Origin: Minisyncoccota bacterium
Lineage (GTDB): Bacteria > Patescibacteriota > Minisyncoccia > Phycocordibacterales > UBA2100
Length of the DNA stretch: 64,000 nucleotides
Assembly: GCA_031291875.1 (NCBI GenBank)
Contig: JARLIE010000040.1
Coordinates: forward strand, 3,011 to 67,010
Reading direction: 5' to 3'
Shown: positions 9,325-17,830 of the stretch, piece by piece
Layout: every line of letters starts with the position of its first letter
Position numbering within the stretch: position 1 is the first letter of the stretch
Translations under genes and position numbers: made by a program
Notes under the pieces: generated by a model
Told to the model about the DNA's origin: nothing
Seen by the model: only the letters and a program-made list of their open reading frames with translations
Databases searched by the model: none

Positions 9325-10791
9325 ATGAAGAAAGAGCTTAGCGTTCCGAGCGAGGTGCGCGAGCTCTGTAAGTCGCTATTCTCAAAAGGGTACGAGACCT
9401 ACTTGGTGGGTGGCTGTGTGCGTGACCTCTTACTTGGACGTCAGCCAAAAGATTGGGATATTACAACCAATGCAATCCCTGAGGCCATTCAGAGCACCTT
9501 TCCGGAGACATTCTATGAGAACGATTACGGCACGGTAGGTGTGGTAACCCAGGCAGAGGATCCTCGGCTGAAAGTGATTGAAGTGACGCCGTTTCGGATC
9601 GAGGGTAAGTATTCCAACGCTAGACATCCGGATGAAGTGAAGTTTAGCGATAAACTCGAAGACGACTTGGAGCGCCGGGATTTTACGATTAACGCGATCG
9701 CGTACGATCCGAATACGTCCGAGCTTATCGACAATCACGACGGACTTTCTGATTTAGATCGAAAAGTGATCGTTACAGTCGGTAATCCAGATGAGCGTTT
9801 TGCTGAAGATGCACTTCGTATGTTGCGCGCGATTCGTATCTCGGCAGAGCTCGATTTCAGTATCGATACGGCGACTGCTCAGGGCATTCTCAAAAACGCG
9901 CCGCAGTTGGAAAAGATTTCGAAAGAACGAATACGGGATGAGCTGACACGTATCGTAATGAGCCCGAGACCTCTCCAGGCGCTTTTTATAGCCCAAAAGC
10001 TAGGTATTTTGCGGTATGTTATCCCCGAGCTCGAAGAAGGCATTGGATGCCAGCAGAATCAGGCGCACTCGTTTGATGTGTTCGAACACCTATTGCGCTC
10101 GCTTCAGCACGCAGCAGACAAGAATTGGCCTCTCGACGTTCGTCTAGCGGCTCTGCTGCACGATATTGGAAAACCGGCTACGCGAGAGTGGTCGGAAGAA
10201 AAAGGAGATTGGACATTCTATGGGCACGATGTTGTGTCCGCGAAAATGGCAAAAAAAATTCTTAACGATCTCAAGTTCCCGAAAGAAATCATCGAAAAAG
10301 TAACCATGCTGGTGAGGTCACACATGTTCTTCTCCGACCCTGACGTTGTAACACTATCCGCCGTACGCCGGCTTATAGCACGCGTCGGTAAAGAAAACAT
10401 CGATGACTTGGTAAATTTGCGTGTGTGCGACCGTATTGGAACTGGCAGACCAAAAGAACACCCATTTCGTCTTCGCAAATATCTCTCGATGATCGATGAG
10501 GCAATGCGCGACCCAGTATCCGTCGCAATGCTCAAAATAAACGGCTCAAAGCTTATGGAAATGGGGGAGCGTCCTTCGCCGCGGATAGGCTGGACGCTGC
10601 ATGCACTTTTAGAAGAGGTGCTCGATGAGCCTACAAAGAACACGCAAGAGTACCTCGAAGAGCGGGCAATGAAGCTTTTACGACTGAACGACGATGAACT
10701 CAAACAAATCGGCGAGCAGGGGAAAGATCGGCGAGCAGAAGAGGATGAGGCTGCTGTTCGCGCTCTGCGCGAAAAGCACCACGTAAAGTAA
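9325..10791 (+). CDS. cca: CCA-adding enzyme / tRNA nucleotidyltransferase with HD domain
   Basis: Pol-beta-like nucleotidyltransferase head (GGCVRDLLLGRQPKDWDITT) plus an HD domain (LLHDIGKPAT). Lies immediately downstream of two tRNA genes. Confidence 0.85.
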   Translation: MKKELSVPSEVRELCKSLFSKGYETYLVGGCVRDLLLGRQPKDWDITTNAIPEAIQSTFPETFYENDYGTVGVVTQAEDPRLKVIEVTPFRIEGKYSNARHPDEVKFSDKLEDDLERRDFTINAIAYDPNTSELIDNHDGLSDLDRKVIVTVGNPDERFAEDALRMLRAIRISAELDFSIDTATAQGILKNAPQLEKISKERIRDELTRIVMSPRPLQALFIAQKLGILRYVIPELEEGIGCQQNQAHSFDVFEHLLRSLQHAADKNWPLDVRLAALLHDIGKPATREWSEEKGDWTFYGHDVVSAKMAKKILNDLKFPKEIIEKVTMLVRSHMFFSDPDVVTLSAVRRLIARVGKENIDDLVNLRVCDRIGTGRPKEHPFRLRKYLSMIDEAMRDPVSVAMLKINGSKLMEMGERPSPRIGWTLHALLEEVLDEPTKNTQEYLEERAMKLLRLNDDELKQIGEQGKDRRAEEDEAAVRALREKHHVK

Positions 10792-10800
10792 ACAAATAGA

Positions 10801-10865
10801 AAAGCCGTCAGACCTGGCGATGGATCTTTTCTCTTTTCGATCTGTCGCCGTCGTCTGACGGCTTT
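10801..10865 (+). other. Long imperfect stem-loop (13-bp terminal arms aaagccgtcagac / gtctgacggcttt)
   Basis: Seen in the sequence directly after the cca stop codon. There is no U-tract after it. Confidence 0.5.
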
Positions 10866-11056
10866 CGTTTCGCACTCGCTTATCTCTTAAAGAACGCGAG
10901 AGTGATAATGACAAAGTACTTTTGAATCCAATCAAAGAAGCGCAGAGGCGTTCTTCGTTATAAATGAAGTTTGAAAGTACTTATGTACGTTATATTTCTC
11001 GTTTGTTAAAAACAAACGAATGCGTCAAAGATCGTCCGTTACGCAGTGTATACCCA

Positions 11057-11110
11057 TAAAGGACACTGTAAAGGACGTCCTGTGGATATCTTGTCCTTTA
11101 TAAAGGACAA
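11057..11110. repeat. Cluster of TAAAGGAC motifs ending in a perfect 20-bp palindrome TTGTCCTTTATAAAGGACAA
   Basis: Three direct copies and one inverted copy of TAAAGGAC, plus AGGACGTCCT, within 55 bp. Located in the convergent cca/xth spacer. Confidence 0.6.
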
Positions 11111-11120
11111 ATTTCTATGG

Positions 11121-11921
11121 CTATAAATCTAGCTCTAACAAAATAGGGCAGTGATCGGATCCCGTAACCTCGGCTAGGATGATTGATCGCTTAACATGCG
11201 GGAGGAGTTTTTTTGAAACGAAGAAATAATCAATGCGCCAACCGACGTTCCGTTCGCGTGCGTTACTAAAGTGACTCCACCAAGTGTAGTGGCCCTTCCC
11301 TTTTGTGAAGTGCCTAAACGTATCGACAAATCCGGCCTTAATAATATTGTCTATGCCTTCTCGCTCCTCCTTCGTATAGCCATGCTCGCCTTCGTTCGGC
11401 CCCGGATTTGCGAGATCGTCTGGTGTATGCGCGACGTTCAAGTCTCCGCAAAAAATAATGGGTTTCTCCTTCTCCAAGGCTTTGCAGTAGTCCAAGAAAG
11501 CAGGATCCCAAGCTTTATATCTAAGCCCCAATCGTCCAAGATCAGGTTTTGAATTTGGAGTATATACGTTAACGAGGTAAAACAGCTCGGTTTCAAGGGC
11601 CATAACGCGACCTTCAGCATTCGCGTTTCCGAAACTGTCAGGTCCTAAGTCGTATTTTTTGGCTAATTCATTGGGAAATTCAAAGGAGATGTTTTCGGGA
11701 GTTTCACGGGAAAAGATGGCTGTCCCGGCATAGCCCTTCTTAGTAGTAGATGAATTCCAATACTCTTCATACCCTGGGAAATCAACTTCAGATTGGTGTT
11801 GCTCTGCTTTCGTTTCCTGTAGACACAAGAAATCTGGCTTTTGTTTTTCAACGAGCGCGGTCAGCGTTCCTTTCTTATGTACCGCGCGAATTCCATTGAC
11901 GTTCCAAGAAATGAGTTTCAT
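11121..11921 (-). CDS. xth: Exodeoxyribonuclease III (AP endonuclease)
   Basis: MKLISWNVNGIRA...LCLQETK...WRIDY...GSDHCP are hallmark Xth/EEP motifs. Confidence 0.9.
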   Translation of the reverse strand: MKLISWNVNGIRAVHKKGTLTALVEKQKPDFLCLQETKAEQHQSEVDFPGYEEYWNSSTTKKGYAGTAIFSRETPENISFEFPNELAKKYDLGPDSFGNANAEGRVMALETELFYLVNVYTPNSKPDLGRLGLRYKAWDPAFLDYCKALEKEKPIIFCGDLNVAHTPDDLANPGPNEGEHGYTKEEREGIDNIIKAGFVDTFRHFTKGKGHYTWWSHFSNARERNVGWRIDYFFVSKKLLPHVKRSIILAEVTGSDHCPILLELDL

Positions 11922-12204
11922 ATCGTAGTTTTTATCAAGATACCATGGGCTATTTACGATTTCATTAACTCCTTCATCTTGGTCTCATTGGGAGAAGCGT
12001 ATAAAGAACTAGTTATTCAGTAAACATATGCGTGCGTATGAACCTATTCAATTCAGCACAGGAAAAGGGGAGTCTCGAGTGGAAATCTGTTGGGAATATT
12101 TTGCGTGAGAAACATTACGACTTGTATCCTTCTGAAAAGAAGAGGGTTGTAAGGTTGGAAGTTCAGCCAGGAAGGGCATTCCATCAGCAATTCTTTATCT
12201 TGAA

Positions 12205-12230
12205 AAACGCTCGCTAACGCGAGCGTTTTT
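12205..12230 (-). terminator. Rho-independent terminator after the xer gene
   Basis: aacgctcgctaacgcgagcgtt hairpin with a T-run on the minus strand. Confidence 0.7.
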
Positions 12231-12232
12231 CT

Positions 12233-13141
12233 TTACCGGCGTTTCCCGTGGAACGCCTTATGCACCTCGCGAAGATGTTTGTCAGTTACGTGCGTATAGA
12301 TCTGCGTTGTAGCAATGTTTGCGTGTCCCAAGAGCGCTTGCACACTTCTAAGATCTGCGCCGTTTTCCAATAGGTCAGTCGCGAACGAGTGTCGAATGAC
12401 GTGCGGCGTCACTTTGCGAGTGATTCCAGCCTTGGTTGCATAGTGTTTCACCATAAGTTCGATGGCACGCGGTGTCATTCGGTGTGCATCCATACCTTTA
12501 GCAAAACCTTTTCCGCTGGAGACAAAAAGTGCTTCGCCCATGTCGCCACGTTTTTTTAAATACTCAGCGATCGCTTTCTTCGCATCGGGAGAAAGGAAAA
12601 CCACCCGAACCTTATCGCCTTTTCCTCGCACCGAAAATTCGTCACGAGTAAGGTCAAGATCCGAGTTGAGCGAACAGAGCTCTGAAACACGCAAACCGGT
12701 CGAGAAAAAAAGTTCCAGGATGGCGCGGTCTCTTAACGCCTGTAACGAATCTCCAGTAGGGGATTTCAATAATCGATCCAGCTCTGCACTGGTAAGAAGA
12801 TCGAGATCTCGGCCACCGACCTTCGCCAGCTCAATACGCTCAGGATCTAATGATTTTATGTTTTGTTTGCGCAAGTACTTAAGAAATGCACGCAGGGCGA
12901 TCAAATAATAATTTTGGGTTTTCTTTTTCATGTCACCTGAGTTGCCAGGCTGACGATTGAGCCAGAGCCGAAACTCGCGAACAATCTGCTCCGTCAGCTT
13001 CTCCGGCGAGGTAATTTTTGTTTGAGCCAAAAAACGAGAAAGGTATCGATCGTAATTCTCAACTGTTTTTATGCTCCGCCCCTTTTCGATTTCAAGATAT
13101 TCGAGAAACTGCGTTTTGAGTGATTTGAGATCGAGCGCCAT
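12233..13141 (-). CDS. Tyrosine recombinase XerC/XerD family
   Basis: C-terminal catalytic motifs HVIRHSFATDLLENGADLRSVQALLGHANIATTQIYTHV. I took the start at MALDLKSLK. Confidence 0.85.
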   Translation of the reverse strand: MALDLKSLKTQFLEYLEIEKGRSIKTVENYDRYLSRFLAQTKITSPEKLTEQIVREFRLWLNRQPGNSGDMKKKTQNYYLIALRAFLKYLRKQNIKSLDPERIELAKVGGRDLDLLTSAELDRLLKSPTGDSLQALRDRAILELFFSTGLRVSELCSLNSDLDLTRDEFSVRGKGDKVRVVFLSPDAKKAIAEYLKKRGDMGEALFVSSGKGFAKGMDAHRMTPRAIELMVKHYATKAGITRKVTPHVIRHSFATDLLENGADLRSVQALLGHANIATTQIYTHVTDKHLREVHKAFHGKRR

Positions 13142-13171
13142 AAAAAAAGTGTACCACTCTTGCAAGAAAAA

Positions 13172-13201
13172 GATCCGGCGCGACTAACGCCGGATCTTTT
13201 A
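13172..13201 (-). terminator. Rho-independent terminator after guaB
   Basis: gatccggcgcgactaacgccggatc hairpin plus a T-run on the minus strand. Confidence 0.7.
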
Positions 13202-13221
13202 GTAGTAGAGAACGAGAACGC

Positions 13222-14757
13222 CTATTCAGCGACTGCCTGCACTCCGTGCACGCCGGATTCACGCATGCCGACAGGGGAGACCCTGAATGGTCGCGCCTGA
13301 TGGAGCAGCTCACCGATCGTGCGAGCCCCAAGATACCCCATGCCTTGCCGTAAGCCGCCGGAGAGTTTATCGAGCACTAGGGTGACCTTACCTTTGTAAG
13401 GAACCCGAGCTTCGACACCTTCAGCGACTAACTTTTGTACTGCGCGATCCTGCTGTCCGTACCGCTCTCGCGCCGCACGGCTGTCTCGCATCGCAGAAAG
13501 TGATCCCATCCCTCGGTATTTTTTTACCTGTTTCAGTTCGGGATCATAGACGATCTCTCCAGGAGCCTCGTCAGTGCCAGCAAGCATTCCGCCGAACATG
13601 CCGCATGATGCTCCAAAAGAAAGAGCAATCACAAGGTCGCCGGAATTTTCCATGCCACCGTCCGCGATTACAGGAATTCTTTCGAATCCTGCTTCGCGCA
13701 ATGCTCGCGCACAGTTGCCGACGGCCGATACCTGCGGCACGCCGATACCTGCGACGACTCGAGTCGTACAAATCGAACCAGGGCCTTGTCCGACTTTAAT
13801 GCCATTCGCACCCCAATTGGCGAGCGCGACAGCAGCCTCCGGATCTGAGACATTTCCTGCCACGATCTCGACGTCGCCGAATTCTCGGCGAATCGCCTCG
13901 ATCATGAGCCTCATGGATTGCGTATGCCCGTGCGCCGTATCGATCACGATCACGTCGCACTTTTTTTCGAGCAAGAGTGCGACACGTTCCATTTCAGCCT
14001 CGCTTGTGCCGACGGCTGCAGCAACACGCAGCTGATCGTTGGAATCAACATTTGCTGTCGAATGGCCCAGCAGGATTCGTTTCAAGTCTTCGAAAAGATA
14101 GAGTCCCGCAAGGGTACCGTCTTTGTTGATGAGCGGCAATGACTCCCGCTTGCAGTTCCGCATTCGCTCATACGCCTCGCGCTTTCCGATTCCTTTCGGC
14201 GCCGTTTCAAGATCCTCGGCGACGGTCATAATCTTCGAAACGCTGACGTGTTCATCTTCGCAAACGTCAAGGTCTTTTCGTGTCACGAGACCGACGAGCT
14301 TGCCGGCGCCATCTAGGACGGGAAAGCGATGGAATAAATATCCTTTCTCCCGTCGCAACGATTGCAATTGGGTAACACTCCACGTCTCAGGTACCGTTAT
14401 CGGATTTTCAATGAGGCCATTTTGGCGATGCTTGACCCGATCGACGGCGCTCGCTTGTGCTTTGGGGGTAAGGCCGCGATGGATAACGCCAATGCCCCCA
14501 TATTCAGCAAGTGCAATCGCCATATCCGCTTCGGTGACCGTGTCCATTGCCGCGCTGACAATCGGTACCCGGAGCGCAACTCGTTCCGAGAACTTCGTAT
14601 CCAACTCGGCGTCGCTGGGCATAATCTCCGAATACCGCGATTCGAATCGGACTTCCGGATAAGTAAGCCGAAGCCCAAGGTCGTTCATCATTTCAAGGAA
14701 CGTATAAACCTGGGGTCGTTGTACGCCTGCTTTCATCGTTCGTCTCCCTGGTAACAA
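13222..14757 (-). CDS. guaB: IMP dehydrogenase
   Basis: TIM-barrel IMPDH motifs (GIKVGQGPGSICTTRVVAGIGVPQ, Cys loop) with an inserted CBS pair. Start is ambiguous (Met1, Met8 or Met23). Confidence 0.85.
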   Translation of the reverse strand: MLPGRRTMKAGVQRPQVYTFLEMMNDLGLRLTYPEVRFESRYSEIMPSDAELDTKFSERVALRVPIVSAAMDTVTEADMAIALAEYGGIGVIHRGLTPKAQASAVDRVKHRQNGLIENPITVPETWSVTQLQSLRREKGYLFHRFPVLDGAGKLVGLVTRKDLDVCEDEHVSVSKIMTVAEDLETAPKGIGKREAYERMRNCKRESLPLINKDGTLAGLYLFEDLKRILLGHSTANVDSNDQLRVAAAVGTSEAEMERVALLLEKKCDVIVIDTAHGHTQSMRLMIEAIRREFGDVEIVAGNVSDPEAAVALANWGANGIKVGQGPGSICTTRVVAGIGVPQVSAVGNCARALREAGFERIPVIADGGMENSGDLVIALSFGASCGMFGGMLAGTDEAPGEIVYDPELKQVKKYRGMGSLSAMRDSRAARERYGQQDRAVQKLVAEGVEARVPYKGKVTLVLDKLSGGLRQGMGYLGARTIGELLHQARPFRVSPVGMRESGVHGVQAVAE

Positions 14758-14806
14758 AAAAGAGGGCCCACGCCCTCACTAAATGCACAGTAACAACTTT
14801 ATATGG

Positions 14807-15943
14807 TTATTTCAAATACTTTCTTTTCTTCAGCTTCTCGGGTAAATACGATTCTTTGTCATAGAACTTATAACCCTTGTGGTACCCGAGTTCTTTCATA
14901 AGTTTTGTAGGAGCATTTCGCACTTTGAGTGGAATCGGTAGGTTCCCAAATTCTTTAACATCAGCCTGCGCCGCAAGATATGCATCGTACGATTCGCGAC
15001 TCTTTTTGCTCATTGCGAGATAGGCAACGCCGTGCGCTAGATTGATCTGACATTCAGGATATCCGATCGTCTCGCATGCACGAAAAACTGAGTTAGCGAC
15101 GACGAGCGCAGTCGGCTGAGCAAGTCCAATATCCTCACTGGCAAAAACAACCATGCGTCTCGCGATAAACAAAGGATCTTCTCCGGCTTCGACCATGCGA
15201 GCCAAATAATAAAGCGCTGCATCTGGTTGTGACGCCCGCATGCTTTTAATGAATGCCGAAATAGTGTTGTAGTGCTCTTCTCCTTTTTTATCGTATCGAA
15301 GATGTTTCGACTGAACGGCTTCTTTGAGTGAAGCGATCGTAATCTTTCCATATAATTTTTCGGCGGTTTCTAATGCCGTGAGTGCCTGGCGAGCGTCTCC
15401 CGCAGAATATTGAACGAGCCAATCACGCGCGTCCTTGGGCAGTTTAATTTTTGTTCGTGCAAGAACTTGCTGCAATTCTTTTTCAGAAAGCTCATTCAAA
15501 ACAAATATCCGGCATCGTGACAAAAGGGGAGAGATTACTTCAAAGCTCGGATTTTCCGTCGTCGCGCCAATTAAGGTAATGTCGCCTCGCTCTACAAATG
15601 GTAAGAGGTAATCTTGCTGCGCCTTATTGAAACGATGAATCTCATCGATAAAGAGTACCTTCGGCCGAGCTCCAAGCTTGAGCTGACTGGTACCGATAAC
15701 CTTTCGTATATCTTCTTTACCAGAATCGACAGCCGAGAGTTCGTAAAATTCTGCTCCGACCTGACTCGCATAAATTCTCGCTAATGTTGTTTTTCCGCAG
15801 CCGGGCGGTCCCCAAACGATGAATGAAAAGAGTTCCTTTTTCTCAATGGCAATACGCAACGGCTTTCCTTTGCCAACCAAATGCTCTTGCCCCACGAATT
15901 CGTCCAGAGTTTTGGGTCGAATTTTCGAAGCAAGGGGTTCCAT
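14807..15943 (-). CDS. rarA: Replication-associated recombination protein A (AAA+ ATPase)
   Basis: MEPLASKIRPKTLDEFVGQEHL...GPPGCGKTTLARI Walker A and a MgsA/RarA-like C-terminal domain. Confidence 0.85.
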   Translation of the reverse strand: MEPLASKIRPKTLDEFVGQEHLVGKGKPLRIAIEKKELFSFIVWGPPGCGKTTLARIYASQVGAEFYELSAVDSGKEDIRKVIGTSQLKLGARPKVLFIDEIHRFNKAQQDYLLPFVERGDITLIGATTENPSFEVISPLLSRCRIFVLNELSEKELQQVLARTKIKLPKDARDWLVQYSAGDARQALTALETAEKLYGKITIASLKEAVQSKHLRYDKKGEEHYNTISAFIKSMRASQPDAALYYLARMVEAGEDPLFIARRMVVFASEDIGLAQPTALVVANSVFRACETIGYPECQINLAHGVAYLAMSKKSRESYDAYLAAQADVKEFGNLPIPLKVRNAPTKLMKELGYHKGYKFYDKESYLPEKLKKRKYLK

Positions 15944-16112
15944 GTCTTGAACTTTACTGGCCCAGTAGCAGACGCGCAATGAAAAGGCTTTCCTTGCTGT
16001 CGCAAAAAAACTACGAATCTCCCTGTAATCTGCTCTTTTCCACACACTATCCACAGCCAAAGTATGGCTTCAACTCTTGCACTATCAGAATCGCGGGCTA
16101 TCCTTACGAAAT

Positions 16113-16631
16113 ATGTCAGGAAAAACTATAGCAATCTGGGTTGTTGTTATCATTATTGTGCTAGTCGGGGGTTGGTTCATTTACTCAAACGTCTCTTCAA
16201 ACTCCTCGTCTCAAAACGCGGCACAAAATGCCACTTCGACGGCCTCGACAGCTAGTTCGACGCCGCAAGTCCAAGCGCAAGATGTATCTGTCGGGACCGG
16301 AACGGAAGCCGTCCCGGGCGATGTTGTTTCTGTCCTTTACATCGGCAAGCTTCCGGACGGAACTGTCTTTGACTCTTCTGCCTCACACGGTAACAAGCCG
16401 CTTTCCTTCACTCTGGGCCAGCAGGGCCTCATTGCTGGATTCCAAATCGGCGTCAACGGTATGAAAGTTGGCGGCGAACGAGTTATGTCCATCCCGCCGG
16501 AGCTCGGCTATGGCGCTCAAGCAGTAACCGACGCGAGCGGTACGGTCATTATCCCAGCGAACTCGACGCTTCTCTTCGATGTTAAGCTCGTCGGGGTAAA
16601 AGCAGGGACATCTACCTCATCCACCAAGTAA
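16113..16631 (+). CDS. FKBP-type peptidyl-prolyl cis-trans isomerase, membrane-anchored
   Basis: VSVLYIGKLPDGTVFDSS...GLIAGFQIGVNGMKVGGER...LLFDVKLVGV matches the FKBP fold signature. N-terminal TM segment. Confidence 0.85.
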   Translation: MSGKTIAIWVVVIIIVLVGGWFIYSNVSSNSSSQNAAQNATSTASTASSTPQVQAQDVSVGTGTEAVPGDVVSVLYIGKLPDGTVFDSSASHGNKPLSFTLGQQGLIAGFQIGVNGMKVGGERVMSIPPELGYGAQAVTDASGTVIIPANSTLLFDVKLVGVKAGTSTSSTK

Positions 16632-16652
16632 ATAAGCCATATCTTGGCTTTT

Positions 16653-16687
16653 AGGCCCCTCGCCATACAGTGTATGGCGAGGGGCCT
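16653..16687 (+). promoter_or_regulatory. Perfect 15-bp-stem hairpin upstream of rpsO
   Basis: aggcccctcgccata cagtg tatggcgaggggcct, 36 nt before the rpsO start. It is either the terminator of the FKBP gene or an S15 autoregulatory leader structure. Confidence 0.55.
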
Positions 16688-16722
16688 TGCAATTGAGCTT
16701 GGAATGTGATACTCTCTCGGCG

Positions 16723-16989
16723 ATGCTCACCAAGCGAAAGAAGACAAACGAAATCACTAAGGCGCAGCGCCACGACACCGACACGGGATCTCCGGAAGTG
16801 CAGGTCGCTATTTTGACGCGCCGAATTGAGGAGCTTTCTGCTCACCTCGACAAAAACCGCAAAGACAAGCACTCTCGCCGCGGCTTGCTCGGTCTTGTTG
16901 CAGACAGGCGACGTCACTTGAGCTACCTTGAGAAGACAAACAAGCGTGCCTACGGCACCTTGGTCCGCAAGCTCGGGCTCAAAAAGTAA
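16723..16989 (+). CDS. rpsO: 30S ribosomal protein S15
   Basis: MLTKRKKTNEITKAQRHDTDTGSPEVQVAILTRRI...HLDKNRKDKHSRRGL is strongly conserved S15. The gene order rpsO-(NYN)-pnp is typical. Confidence 0.9.
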   Translation: MLTKRKKTNEITKAQRHDTDTGSPEVQVAILTRRIEELSAHLDKNRKDKHSRRGLLGLVADRRRHLSYLEKTNKRAYGTLVRKLGLKK

Positions 16990-17028
16990 ATTCTCCCTCT
17001 TTTGCTCGTACCCTTTTAGGGGGTACAC

Positions 17029-17682
17029 TTGGATAAGTATTTTAAAAAGTTAGTTTTATTTTTTTATATGGCAATTATCAAACACCCAGAACAACGTGTC
17101 GGCGTTTTCATCGACACGCAAAACCTCTACCACAGCGCAAAAAACATCTATCATGCGCGAGTAAACTTCGGTAACGTCCTTAAAGATGCGGTAGCCGACA
17201 GACGCCTAATCCGCGCCCGCGCATATGCGGTAACCACAGAAAGTGGCGAAGAAAAAGGCTTTTTTGAGGCTCTCGAAAAAGTAGGCATCGAAATGCGCCT
17301 TAAAGACTTGCAAGTATTCGCAGGTGGAGCAAAAAAAGCCGATTGGGATGTCGGACTTGCAGTAGATGCAATTACAACTGCTCCGAAACTCGACACCGTG
17401 ATTATCTTCAGCGGTGACGGCGACTTCGTTCCTCTCGTACAGTACCTTCAGACACACGGAGGTTGCCAAGTCGAGGTTGTTTCGTTCGGCCGCTCTACTT
17501 CTCTTAAGCTAAAGGAAGCTGCAGACGATTTTCTCGATCTCGATCAAGACCCTAAACGTTATCTCATGAACTATCGGGCCGTTCGCGCTCGGAATTTCCG
17601 TTCGAAAACGGACGCCAGCGATGAGATCGACGATTCAAGAGCATCTCTTGAAGAGATCAATCGGATCACCGGCATAGAATAA
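17029..17682 (+). CDS. NYN domain / LabA-like protein
   Basis: VGVFIDTQNLYHSAKN...DWDVGLAVDAITTAPKLDTVIIFSGDGDFVPLV matches the LabA/NYN (DUF88) signature. Confidence 0.75.
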   Translation: MDKYFKKLVLFFYMAIIKHPEQRVGVFIDTQNLYHSAKNIYHARVNFGNVLKDAVADRRLIRARAYAVTTESGEEKGFFEALEKVGIEMRLKDLQVFAGGAKKADWDVGLAVDAITTAPKLDTVIIFSGDGDFVPLVQYLQTHGGCQVEVVSFGRSTSLKLKEAADDFLDLDQDPKRYLMNYRAVRARNFRSKTDASDEIDDSRASLEEINRITGIE

Positions 17683-17687
17683 AAGAG

Positions 17688-17720
17688 GTCGCGGGCGACA
17701 CTGTCGCCCGCGACGTTTTT
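17688..17720 (+). terminator. Rho-independent terminator
   Basis: gtcgcgggcgaca ctgtcgcccgcgac followed by gttttt. Confidence 0.8.
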
Positions 17721-17830
17721 GACTGTGTTGTGCTATAGTGGTCTACATACAAGATAACTGTGGCGACCGGATAGGCAGGATTTAGCCCCTTGGCTTAATG
17801 CTGAAATCCGTTCGTCACTAAAATGGCGAC

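Noticed and set aside
12233-13141. Tyrosine recombinase as a marker of an integrated mobile element
   Set aside because: It carries canonical XerC/D chromosome-dimer-resolution motifs and is flanked by housekeeping genes (xth, guaB). No direct repeats, att-like tRNA fragment or cargo genes are visible.
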